A stretch of DNA of 64,000 nt. Source: Octopus sinensis (taxonomy: Eukaryota). Position 1 is the stretch's first letter, and every line of letters begins with the position of its first letter. This document shows positions 52,575-64,000 of this stretch, piece by piece. The notes beneath the pieces are model-generated. The model was given only the letters and a program-made list of their open reading frames with translations, searched no databases and had not been told where the DNA came from. Position numbers and translations under genes: made by a program. The stretch lies in the NCBI RefSeq assembly GCF_006345805.1, contig NC_043002.1, positions 68,634,001 through 68,698,000 of the forward strand. The letters are read 5' to 3'.

Positions 52575-52929
52575 TATTTGCATATTATATTTGAAAATTT
52601 TTTACTTATATCTCTTTATCTTGTTACTATTACTGTATATCTCATTTCATTTTATGTATTGCCTTTACTCATATGTAATGGTGTATTAAAGTATGGATTG
52701 AGTATCATCGGATAGTTGATGTTTTACTGATTTAAGTATATTTCTCCATTCTCTAATTTTTGTAGTATTAATTTACGGTAATTTTATTACCTTTACCCAT
52801 ATAATGCAATAGATGAACTGATTGTTTGACAATTTTTAACATCTATGTATTATTTTTGTTGGTACCTATCTAGCAGTATATTGGATATATATTATCCCAT
52901 GGCGGGTTGAATTTTCAACCCCTATCTCA

Positions 52930-52959
52930 TTTTATAACCTAAATATATACATATATATA

Positions 52960-52993
<34 letters not shown>

Positions 52994-52996
52994 TAC

Positions 52997-53027
<31 letters not shown>

Positions 53028-53034
53028 AATATAT

Positions 53035-53079
<45 letters not shown>

Positions 53080-53110
53080 TATATATATAATATATATATA
53101 TATAATATAC
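52930..53110. repeat. Irregular (TA)n microsatellite
   Basis: Direct inspection. Confidence 0.95.
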
Positions 53111-53114
53111 CTTT

Positions 53115-53830
53115 CCTTCTTGGGAAGCACGACCTTCGAACTTTAGATCTCACCAAGGAATGACTAGAGACCGAGACCTATGGAAGTATGCTGTGAATGA
53201 GAAGACCCGGTAAGACTAGTGAGAAGATAACCTGTGGCCTACATACCTTTCCTTCTTGGGATACAAAACTCCACTTGTGAAGACCCGTTGAGACGAGTGA
53301 AAATCAGAGTCAAAATCAAAATCAAACCAAATCAAATCAGATATCAGAAAGCAGAACCAAAATCAAAGTCGATCAACATCAATGGAAATTGCAGCTGTGG
53401 TTAAGCGAACCATCCGATCGTGGCCGTTGCCAGCGCCGCCCCGACTGGCCTCCGTGCCGGTGGCACGTAAAAGCACCATCCGTTCGTATCCGTTGCCAGC
53501 CTTGCCTGGCCCCCGTGCCAGTGGCATGTAGCACCATCCATTCATGGCTGTTGCCAAACTCGCCTGGCCCCCGTGCCGGTGGCACGTAAAAGCACCAACC
53601 AATCGTGGCCGTTTGCCAGCTCCGTCTGGCACCTGTGCGGGTGGCACGTAAAAAGCACCCACTACACTCACAGAGTGGTTGGCGTTAGGAAGGGCATCCA
53701 GCCGTAGAAACACTGCCAGATCAGACTGGACCTGATGCAGCCTTCTGTCTTCACAGACCCCAGTTGAACCGTCCAACCCATGCTAGCATGGAAAGCAGAC
53801 GCTAACTGATGATGATGATGATGATGATGA
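53115..53830 (+). mobile_element. RTE LINE 3' end with four ~60-bp tandem subrepeats and (GAT)n tail
   Basis: gcacgaccttcgaac...gagacctatggaagtatgctgtg ORF end; acca.cc..tcgt.gccgtt...gtggcac unit repeated 4 times at ~53405-53660. Confidence 0.8.
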
Positions 53831-54114
53831 TGATATATACATATATATACATATATGTATCCGTTTGTGTGTCTGTGTTTGTTTCCCCACCATCGTTTGA
53901 CAACTGATGTTGGTGTGTTTACGTCCCTGTAACTTAGCAGTTCGGCAAAAGAACCTGATTAGAATAAGTACTAAGCTTGCAAGGAATAAGTTCTGGGGTT
54001 GATTTCTTTGACTAAAGGCTGTGCTCCTGCATGGCCAAAGTGAAATGACTGAAACAAATAAAAGGATAAAAGAATACATACATACATACGTGTATACACA
54101 CACACACACACATA

Positions 54115-54480
54115 TCATCATCATCATCATCATCATCATTGTTTAACGTCCGTTTTCCATGCTGGCATGGGTTTGATGGTTCGACTGGGGTCTGGGAAGC
54201 CAGGAGGCTGCACCAGGCTTCAATCTAATCTGGCAGTGTTTCTACAGCTGGATGCCCTTCCTAATGCCAGCCACTCCGAGAGCGAAGTGGGTGCTTTTTA
54301 CATCCCGTTGGTACAGGGGCCAGAGGGGGGCTGGTATCATCCATGTTTGGATGGTGCTTTTATGTGCCACCAGCACGGGAGCCAGTCAAGGCGGCGCTGG
54401 CATCGGCCACATTCAGAGGGTGGTTTTTACATGCTACCGGCACAGGGAGCCGGACAGGCAGTGCTGGCATCAGCCACAAC
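54115..54480 (-). mobile_element. RTE-tail element
   Basis: Reverse-orientation conserved tail with subrepeats. Confidence 0.75.
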
Positions 54481-54791
54481 TACAATTTCCACCTGTCTGT
54501 CTGTCTGTTCGTTCATCCGCCTGTCTGTCTGTCTATTTATCTCTCTATATATCCTTATATATGTGTGTGTGTGTGTATATATATATATATGCGTGTGTGT
54601 GTGTGTTTGTATTATATAATTTATGTAAATAATATCATTGCTCCCATTAATGTTTGTGTTGTTTCTGCTGCTGCTGCTGCTGCTTTTCTTGTTCAATATA
54701 ATATCATCAGAGTATGAATGAAGTGTGATTTGTGACATCATAAAGTAAATAAATGTCAAGTATTGCTACGACTGAAATAATATCCAAGTAA

Positions 54792-54826
<35 letters not shown>

Positions 54827-55369
54827 CAACTACAATATGTGACATCATTTCAATTTTGTAAACAACATGGGAAAGAAAAAATCTGTAAGAATCCAAAGTC
54901 ATGTGAAAACAAAATCTAAACATGATGCATTACTAGATAAACATGTGAATACATATCTTTTATGTTTTATCATTTACTTTTTACTTGTTGCAGCCATCGA
55001 ACTGCAGCCATGCTGAAGCAAGCATTACCTTGAAGGCTTTAGGTGAACTAATCAACCACAGTATTTGATTTTTTAAAAAGTTTGGTACTTATTCTGTTGG
55101 GCTCTCTTTTGCCTGACCAATGTCACTGTCATACAAGAAGTGTCATTGCATGTAAAAAAAATCTGTCTGGTCAAGGGGGGAAAATATTACGTTACATGGA
55201 AACAGGTGAAGGCTGGTGATAGGAAGAGCATCCGGCTGTAGGAAATCAGTCTGGTACTTGCTAACATGGAAAAATACTCCTCCCCCTCCCCCTCCTCCTC
55301 CACCACCCGTCCTCCTTCTCACCACCACCGCTGTTGCTGCCGCCACCACCGCCACCATCATCACCACCA

Positions 55370-56452
55370 TCATCATTTGACATCCGTTTCCTATGCTTTG
55401 GACAGTTTGACTGGAGCTGGCCAGCTGAAGACTTGCCCAGGGTCCATGTCTGTTTTGGCATGGTTTCTATGACTGGATGCCCTTCCTAATGCTGTCAACC
55501 ACTTTACAGAGTATACTGGGTGCTTTTACACAGCACCAGCACAGGTGCTTTTATGTGGAACCAGTACAGGTGCTTTTTATGTGGCACCAGCACCCACAAG
55601 TCTACAAGATTAGGAATGCACAGCTGGAGAAGAATGCAGGGTACATGCCTGTATGCAAGGACAACCAGGATCTTACTTAGCTTGATGTGTCTTCTCGAGC
55701 ACAGCAAACCACCAGGAGTCTTGGTCCTCTGTCATCCTCTCTGTGAGGCCCAACGTCTAAAGATCCTTTCTTACCACTTTGTCCTATGTCTTCTTGGGTC
55801 TATCCCATTCACATGTTCCCTCCACAATTAGAGATAAGCACCTCTTGATGCAACTGTCTTCATTCATATGCATCACATGGCCATACCAGTGCAGTCTTCT
55901 CTCTTGCACACTACATCTGGTGTATCATATACCTAGTTTTTCTCTCAAATTACTTACATGCTGTCACATACACATTGACATTACCCATCTAGCAAACAAA
56001 CTGGCTTCATTTCTTTCAAGTCTTTGCTTATCCTCAGTAGTCACAGCCCATGTCTCACTGCCATGTAACATATCTGTTCACACACCGACATACAATCTAC
56101 CTTTCACTCTGAGGGAGAGGCCCTTCATCACTAACAGAGGCAGTAGCTCTCTGAACTTTACCCAGCCTATTCTTATTCCAGCAGTTATACTTTCAGAACC
56201 ACTTCCACCACCACTAACTTACTCTTTTACTCTTTTACTTGTTTCAGTCATTTGACTGCGGCCATGCTGGAGCACTGCCTTTAGTCGAGCAAATCGACCC
56301 CGGGACTTATTCTTTGTAAGCCAAGTACTTATTCTATCGGTCTCTTTCGCCGAACCGCTAAGTGACGGGGACGTAAACACACCAGCATTGGTTGTCAAGC
56401 AATGCTAGAGGGACAAACACAGACACACAAACACACACACACACACACACAC

Positions 56453-56494
<42 letters not shown>

Positions 56495-57030
56495 AATATA
56501 TATATATAATATATATATTATATATATATATACATATATACGACAGGCTTCTTTCAGTTTCCGTCTTCCAAATCCACTCACAGGGCATTGGTCGGCCTGA
56601 GGCTATAGCAGAAGATGCTTGCCTAAGATGCCACGCAGTGGGACTGAACCCGGAACCATGTGGTTGGTAGGCAAGCTACTTACCACACAGCCACTCCTGT
56701 GCCTATGGTCACCTAAGTAATGGAAAATGTCTATTACTTCTAAGGATCCCACCTGACATTTGAGGGAGTCTATTTTTGGTTCATTCCTGGTGTTTAATGT
56801 ACCTGCACATCTGCCACATGTAATGACTACTTCCTCTCTTAGTCTTCCAGTGATACTGCTGCACCTCTTATGTGTCCATAGCTTGGAGTTTTTCCTGATA
56901 CTTTTTCTACATATTGAGCAGTACCGTCTCCTTGAAGGGATCTGTGAGTTGTCTGTTTTCCTACTTATCAGGACTTTGGTATTTGCTAAATTAACTCTAA
57001 GGCCTTTTTTATTCCAGACCTTGTTTCCAT
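55370..57030 (-). mobile_element. RTE LINE 3' portion (RT C-terminus to tail), split by a SINE
   Basis: KGLRVNLANTKVL...FHYLGD [SINE] ...IGWVKFRELLPLL..KGLSLRVKGRLY...GSETWAVT...RRLHWYGHV. Confidence 0.9.
56221..56704 (-). mobile_element. Full-length SINE family A nested in the RTE
   Basis: Flanks rejoin as ccaccactaactt|ggtcacctaag, a contiguous RTE coding sequence. Confidence 0.85.
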
Positions 57031-57814
57031 ACCTGCAGTTTCTTGAGGAGGATGAAGCAGGAGAAGAAGAGGAAGAGAGGAATAGGATGAAGAAAAGGAG
57101 GATGCAGAGAAGAGAGGGAGAAGGAAGAAGGGAGGAGTAAGATAGGAGGAGGCAGAGAAGAGATGGAGGAGGCAAGGAGAAGGAGGTGGAGGAGGAGGGA
57201 CGGAGGAGGAGGGGGGATCACAAAGTATTCTAAAAAAGGATATATGGGCTGCATAAAATACAACCTAACAACAAGCTAACAATAAATCTAATTTGAAATA
57301 GCTGACAGAAACTCAGAATGACTGGAAATATCCATTAAGGAATGATGCAACATGTTTGAGAAAGGATAGATCGAAAATGCTGAGCTGAAATGAGCCTTGC
57401 ATAATTTGAAAAGCAGAAAGTACAAAGCCTGTGAATATGTTCTTTGCAAAGCAGGCTTCATTGATCACGTGAAATCACATGCTATGTTCACAAAAGCAAT
57501 CTACATTTAGCAATCTTTTATCACCATGTCTGGAATATACTAATTATGTAGTGTGCAGCAAAGCATGTAAGTTGAAATTCAAACATGTATGATGAAGACA
57601 TTGATATCATTGTCATGGGTGGCATGGTGGTGGCGAAAGATGAAAGGCAAAGTTGACCTTGGAGGAATTTCAACTCAGAATGTAAGTTGTAGTTGTAATG
57701 ATAATAATTTGAGACAAAAACTTGGTTTATGAGAGAGAGAGGTGGGGGGAGTGAGGTGAAGATAGTGGAGGGACAGAAGTTGTGGAGAGAAAAACCACCC
57801 AATCTGAAAAAAAC

Positions 57815-58013
57815 ATCTGAAAACCTTAGAAATCCCCAACTGTCTACAACCTAGATGTATCGCAAAAGTCAGCATTCCTTGGAACTGTGTGCATATTGCA
57901 TAAAGTACTGCTTGTCGGAGGTCCTTGTTGTGACTTGACAAACAGTACAAAACCCCTGGTAGACACAATATCTTCAATCAGTAACCTTATGATATTGTAT
58001 ACTGTGCAACATC
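57815..58013 (+). mobile_element. R4/Dong-like LINE 3' end (copy 1)
   Basis: Similar to 59345-59555; degenerate KHLKTLEIP...QKSA.LGT..IL.KVL; ends at an (AAT)n tract. Confidence 0.65.
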
Positions 58014-58227
<214 letters not shown>

Positions 58228-58325
58228 AGACAAGAAGAAGAGCACTCAGAGAGAGCAAACCTCCATCAAAGCAACACCAACGTCCTCTCAAAGATTAACT
58301 AGAGATGATTTTTAAAATGAGAATA

Positions 58326-58886
58326 TCTATATATATAAAACTGTAGTTGTGTGAGTGTCTGTCCCCTTTGATTTAGATTCCTAACTACTCCCACATTTTG
58401 CGGTGCAGTTTAACCAAATTCAGGTATCTTATAGTCGTGATTCATATCGAGCCCGTCTGAGTATTAGCGCGCGTCTACGATGAGTCTACGATTTTAAAAA
58501 TAATTTAACATCATTTTTTATTCCATTTTAATGCATAATTTTTCGTGTATCGATGGCGGCGGAGTTGGCGTCCACGGTCACACCTGCACCTGTTTGCTTC
58601 TCCCCCTTCTTCCCTCCCTCGTGAAGCTGTGGGGAAGGGAGTGTAATAAATCAACGTCGTAAAGCGTTGTCAAGGAGACCAGCGTTCTTTTAGAACAACG
58701 ACTTCATGGATTGAAGACACCAAAACAGAAAATGTCTACGATGAGTCAACGATTTAAAAAAAAATTTACCATGATTTTTTTTCCATTTTTAATGCATTTT
58801 TTTGCTATATTTTGCTATAACTCTCTAAAAATGCCTATATAGTTATTTCCCTTACAAACCTGAGCAACGCCGGGCGATACTGCTAG
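58326..58886 (+). mobile_element. Non-autonomous Helitron
   Basis: A|TCTATATATATAAAACTG ... cctgagcaacgccgggcgatactgCTAG|T; no TSD; internal ~70-bp direct repeat at ~58453 and ~58733. Confidence 0.85.
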
Positions 58887-59179
58887 TCTGAAATAAACTC
58901 GACTGTTCTCACATACGTGAATACTAAAAATGAATATTTGGAAACATGGTTGTTTTGTTCAACGTACTTAAGCAACGCATATTCAGGGAGCTTTTGAGCA
59001 GGATGGACTACTTGACCTAAAGAAAATTCCAGCTGGGTCCTACCTGCAAAGTCATGTACTGTTAATCTTGATATGTGATCACTATGTCATGAACATATGG
59101 TTGTAATGCAAGTGCCTGGTTACCTTATCAGACAAGTAGTCATGATAGGTATATTTTGCCCCAGTGGACAAATAAGAGT

Positions 59180-59560
59180 GCCTAATAATCAATGTAGCAG
59201 TACCAAGAGATCAACATGTCATCATGAAAGAAAGAGAAAAGGTTGATAAATATGGAGACCTGAGAATTGAGATTACTAGGCTGTGGTAGCTACGAGAGTC
59301 AAACATAAAGAATATCCCTATTGTCATCAGACCATTGGGCTCAATACCACCCAATCTGAAAAACATCTGAAAACCTTAGAAATACCCTACAATCTAGATG
59401 TACTGCAAAAGTCAGCATTACTTGGAACTGCACGCATATTGCGTAAAGTACTGTCTGTTTGGGGTCCTTGTTGTGACTTGACAAACCATACAAAACCCCT
59501 GGTAGACACAATAACTTCAATCAACAACCTCATGATATTGTATGCTTTGCGATGTCTATA
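59180..59560 (+). mobile_element. R4/Dong-like LINE 3' end with REL-endonuclease C-terminus (copy 2)
   Basis: VAVP...KEREKVDKYGDLRIEITRLW...IPIVI..LGSIP.NL.KHLKTLEIPYNLDVLQKSALLGTARILRKVL, followed by an (AAT)(AGT)n tract. Confidence 0.75.
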
Positions 59561-60143
59561 ATAGTAGTAGTAGTAGTAGTAGTAGTAGTAATTTTCATCT
59601 AGCCATAACATTGCTTTAGAAAACCCTCATTGGCAATGGTACCACTTCTGCACAATATATTCTATATATGAATGGGATTAGGATTATAATAAAAGACAAG
59701 ATAAGATTCATTGCTCAAGAAAAAAAAACATTTTTTCTGGAAGCAATTATACCAACAAAGATAATGATTAAAAATAATGTTTGTCTTTTACTCTCCTACC
59801 CACCAACCCAGAAGATCTACTGAGATATACCTCATTAGGAGTGGGATGGCAGGTCACCAGTGTTGCTTTCTTTATTCTGGTTCTAATGGCAGACCAAAGT
59901 TTCTCAGACAAGAGATCAGAGATGTTATACACAGATAGGAAAAAGCAACTAATACTTTGAACAACACAAGTTTTTATTACTAATCAGCTTATTATTATGT
60001 ATATCGGTATAGCTCAGTTATATTACAACGTAAGTATAAAAGGTTATCCTTCTTTATAACTGGAACAATTCCTTACTCATGAAACAGTCATATATACACA
60101 CAAACACATATCTTCATACACATACACATGTGAAAATACATAC

Positions 60144-60184
<41 letters not shown>

Positions 60185-60654
60185 CCCCTGGATAAGATGC
60201 TACTCTTACACTTCACCACCATTACTTACCTAATCATTGTTGGCTTTAATATCCTGTATCTGTGACCATCTGTAACACATGACCATTTTCCATCTTTCTT
60301 TTCCTCACATGACCATCTTTCTTTTCCTGCACAGATGTTCAAAAGAGCAGATGTGTTTTTTTTCTCTCTCTCTTCTTTCTTTTCTCTAAAAAAAAACTGT
60401 TTCTCCCAGCATTCACTATTTTCCTCTTGTTCTGGTCCAACGATCCTCCATGTTTCTTTTCATTTGGTTTCAATGTATGTCTCCACTGTCATATTTTTGT
60501 TCCGAATTTGCCCCTCCATAAATCCTAAATTTTATTTTAGAATTTATGGAAGCAGATATCTTTGAAGAGTCGTAATGTCATTGAATGCTTGAAATGAGAA
60601 GTAGGTAGACAGCTAACAACTGACACAGGGTCCTTTCTCTGTGTTTACTTGTTC

Positions 60655-60825
60655 TATATTTAAGAGATGAGGAATTATGCACATTATTTACATTATTTAC
60701 AATTGACAGATATTTGTCCTCATTTTGTTTGTTGTTAACACAATGTTTCGGCTGATATACCCTCCAGCCTTCATCAGGTGTCTTGGGGGAAATTTTGAAC
60801 CTGGGTTCTCATTCCTAAGGTATTT
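60655..60825 (-). mobile_element. Short dispersed repeat carrying a minimal hammerhead (probable PLE pseudo-LTR)
   Basis: Partial second copy at 9987-10060; contains the ribozyme core below. Confidence 0.6.
60737..60782 (-). ncRNA. Minimal type I hammerhead ribozyme, probably decayed
   Basis: GACAC-CUGAUGA-A-GGCUG(10-nt loop)CAGCC-GAAA-CAUU-GUGUU; helices I and II pair; helix III reads ACAU rather than palindromic ACGU. Confidence 0.6.
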
Positions 60826-61833
60826 GTTGTTGTTGTTGTTGGGGGGACAAACACAGACACACAAACATACACACACACACACATATATATACATATATAT
60901 ATGCATATATACGATGGGCTTCTTTCAGTTTCTGTTACCAAATACACTCACAAGGCTTTGGTCAGCCCGAGGCTATAGTAGAAGACACTTGCCCAAGGTG
61001 CCATGCAGTGGGAATGAATCTGGAACCATGTGGTTGGTAAGCAAGCGACTTACCATACAGCCACTCCTGTGCCCAATGGTGGTTTTTTTTGTGTCCCTGT
61101 AAATTTTCAGTTCAGCAAAAGAGACCGATTGAATGAGCACAACACAGGTTGGGTGGAGGGAGGACATGTAACATGTTCAACCTTTTATGGCAGTGCCCCA
61201 ACATGGCCACAGTTCAATAATTGAAACAAGTAAAAGGTAAGACATGATGATGATGATGATGATGATGACAATGATGATGATGGTGGTGGTGGTGGTGGAG
61301 GTACTGCTGCTGCTGATAGATGTGATGATGATGTTGATGATAACAATGAAACAATGATGATGGTGATGATGATGATAATGATGGCAACAATGAAAACTCG
61401 TAATTCTTCTCAGTTCCATTTCTTTTTTTGATTTGTTCTTGCATTGTTCTTCAGTGATTTGTTTATTGCATCATATTGTCGTTTAAAACAACAACGAATG
61501 CATTTGCTACTCACAAAATTGGTTCACAGTCAATGATGCAACATTGTGCACCAGCATTAACAACACTGCACAATTCCTTTAAAATTTTCTTTTTCTTTTT
61601 GTTATTTTGTTATTTTTGGTATGTCAAGGTTCTGCTGGAATAAACATGTTATTTATTCTACTTTATTATACTTATTATGGTTTGTTCCTTAAACACAGTG
61701 GACTAGCAGAATTATTAGCTCATTAGACAGAATGCTTTGTGGGATTTCTTCTGGCTGTTTATGTTTTGAGGTCAGCTTTGCCTTTCATCCTTTCTGGGTC
61801 AAAATAAAATTAAATATTAATCAATAAAATATT

Positions 61834-62046
61834 CTTTTCTACTCTAAGCACAAGGCCCGAAATTTTTGGGAGGGGGCCAATCGATTAGATTGACCCCAGT
61901 ACAGAACTGGTACTTAATTTATCGATCCTGAGAGGATGAAAGGCAAAGTCGACCTCGGGGGAAATTTGATCTCAGAATGTAAAGACAGACGAAATACCGC
62001 TAAGCATTTCGCCCAGCATGCTAACATTTCTGCCAGCCTGCCGCGT
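61834..62046 (-). mobile_element. Full-length SINE family B with 19-bp TSD
   Basis: tattaatcaataaaatatt at 61815-61833 and 62047-62065. Confidence 0.9.
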
Positions 62047-62068
62047 TATTAATCAATAAAATATTAAC

Positions 62069-62498
62069 AGGTGCAGGAGTGGCTGTGTGGTAAGTAGCTT
62101 GCTTACCAACCACATGGTTCCAGGTTCAGTCCCACTGTGTGGCATCTTAGGCAAGCATCTTCTACTATAGCCTCAGGCCAAACAAAGCCTTGTTAGTGGA
62201 TTTGGTAGAGGGAAACTGCCAGAAGCCTGTCACACACACACACACACATATGTGCATCACATATGTATGTGTGTGTGTGCGTGTATGTGTGTGTGAGTGT
62301 GTGCTTGTGTTTGTACCCCGCACCATCACTTGACAACCGATGCTGATGTCTTTATGACCTCCATCACTTAGCAGTTCAGCAAAGGAGACTGATAGAATAA
62401 GTACTAAGCTTACAAAGAATAAATCCTGGGATCGATTTGCTTGACTAAAGGTAGTACTCCAGCATGGCCTCAGTCAAATGAATGAAACAATTAAAAAA
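62069..62498 (+). mobile_element. Full-length SINE family A
   Basis: tRNA-like head (tggctgtgtgg / ggttcagtccc), CA/TG microsatellite, tail. Confidence 0.85.
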
Positions 62499-63089
62499 GT
62501 TAGTACTGGAACTAATGTAATTGACTAACCCACCTCTCCTTGGTAACGAGATGGCACATATTCCCTTAGAGACTAACGAAGTGAAATTATTGCCTCTCCT
62601 AGTTTATGACCATGCTGCATCAAGAGTCATGTCCATCTTGAAGTGTTGCCAGTGGTGCTTTAACCTACTTTGGTCAATCACAGACGTGAATAGATGACGC
62701 ACCCGTACAAAACAGCATGGGTCTTGAGCTATAATCTGATAAAAAGCACACTGATAGGACTGGTGTCCTCCAGTGGGACAACAAGAGCCACAGAAAGTCT
62801 GCATGATAAACCCCCTCTTAAAACTGCTGGTCTAATGCCAAAATTTGAAACAATTATGGTTCCACTAACCCTATAATAAAGTTCAGACATAAAGTCAGGG
62901 ACTATATACCATCAATACCCTTGTCGTCATCACCATCATCACTGTTTTAAAATCTACTTTTCCATGCTTGCATGGGTTGGCTAGAATTCATTGAGACAGA
63001 TTTTCTACAGCCAGACACTCTTCTCATTTCTAACACTCACCTGTTTCCACATAATATTTCCTCGAGGCTGGACAAGATTTCACAGATTA

Positions 63090-63962
63090 GAAATGAAGAA
63101 CACAGCAGAAATGTTTTTGTTGGACAAACCCATTAGTAAAGGCTTCCATCACTAGAAGCTACTTGATGTGACACTCAAGCATCAGTATGCGACTGGATTC
63201 ATCAAGTGAAGTCGTACTGCCATGGAGTATGTCTTTGTTTTGCAGTGTTTCTGCCTTGTTTGTCAATTTTTGCAATGGCTGAAATGAAGGAACATTGTGC
63301 TTCTGTGAAATTCTGTTTTCTGCTGGAGAAAATGGTGGCCAAAACAGTTGTCATGCTTCAAACAGCTTACAAGGACGCTGCCATGAGCAAAACACAAGTT
63401 TATGAGTGGTTTCTACACTTTCAGAATGGTCGCTTGTTGCTTGAAGACCAACCTTGTTCAGGACAACTGTCAACCTCCTGAAAGAATGAGTGAAAACATC
63501 ATGAAAATTCATGAACTCATCTTGGAGGACTGTCACCGAACAATTAACAAACTTGTTGATATGGCTGGTGAGTCCAGGAACTCCTGCAAACAAATTTGGA
63601 GTGAGAAATTGCAAATGAAAAGAGTTGCAGAAAAATTTGTGCCTCACTTGCTCACAGAAGATCAAAAGCAGTCATGACTGAATGTGCGACATGAACTGAA
63701 AGAACAGCTGGAAGTTGATCCAAGCCTTCTTTTGAAGGGTCATCACTGGTGACAAAAGCTGGTGCTATGGAATTTGCAGATGTGGAAAAAGAGAAGAAAA
63801 AACAACAGAGGCATTAAAAGGCATCACATCGCAAGAATTCCAGCACTGTTTCAAACAGTGAAAAATGCATTTGCACTAATGCATTGCTTCAAATGGAGAA
63901 TACTTTGAATAAGTGAATAAAATAATATTGCCAAATTTTAGTTTCTTATGGGTACCCCCTAG
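63090..63962 (+). mobile_element. Mariner transposon relic
   Basis: VKFCFLLEK...MLQTAYKDAAMSKTQVYEWF...ED.P.SG..STS and KRVAEKFVPHLLT; right TIR gggtaccccctag|TA; left end not found. Confidence 0.85.
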
Positions 63963-64000
63963 TATACACACACACGCACACACACACACACACACACACA

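Larger units (their letters stand above)
51353..52768. mobile_element. 1.42-kb near-perfect palindrome, probable Penelope-like element (inverted pseudo-LTR)
   Basis: Arms 51353-52048 and 52065-52768, spacer cttaactgtatctatt; the differences I found are one C/T substitution, two 1-nt indels and (AAT)9 vs (ATT)11; a hammerhead in each arm. The palindrome is directly observed; PLE identity is inferred. Confidence 0.85.

Overview
AT-rich eukaryotic genomic DNA, almost certainly from a cephalopod (Octopus-type SINEs, RTE/CR1 LINE fragments and very dense TA/CA/GAT microsatellites; the species is inferred from repeat style only). Most short ORFs in the supplied track are microsatellite or transposon artefacts. 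One protein-coding gene is confidently recognised: an intronless FRAT/GBP (GSK3-binding protein) homologue at 28054-28890 (+), with a CCAAT/CRE/TCF-motif promoter inside a transposon-poor domain. The most striking structure is a ~1.42-kb near-perfect palindrome (51353-52768; ~700-bp arms, 16-bp spacer). Each arm carries a complete hammerhead-ribozyme core with an unusually long, well-paired helix II, which suggests a Penelope-like retroelement with an inverted pseudo-LTR. A second, minimal hammerhead lies at 60737-60782 (-), and an older inverted duplication lies at 49330-50960. The rest is a nested transposon landscape: Helitrons (two non-autonomous copies with exact A|TC...CTAG|T ends and one PIF1-helicase remnant), four Tc1/mariner relics, a piggyBac-type MITE, RTE, CR1 and R4/Dong-like LINE 3' ends, and at least three SINE families. 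A low-confidence, hand-assembled multi-exon gene candidate on the minus strand (head-to-head with FRAT, 26895 to 4573) is also noted. TE boundaries are approximate unless a TSD or terminus is quoted.
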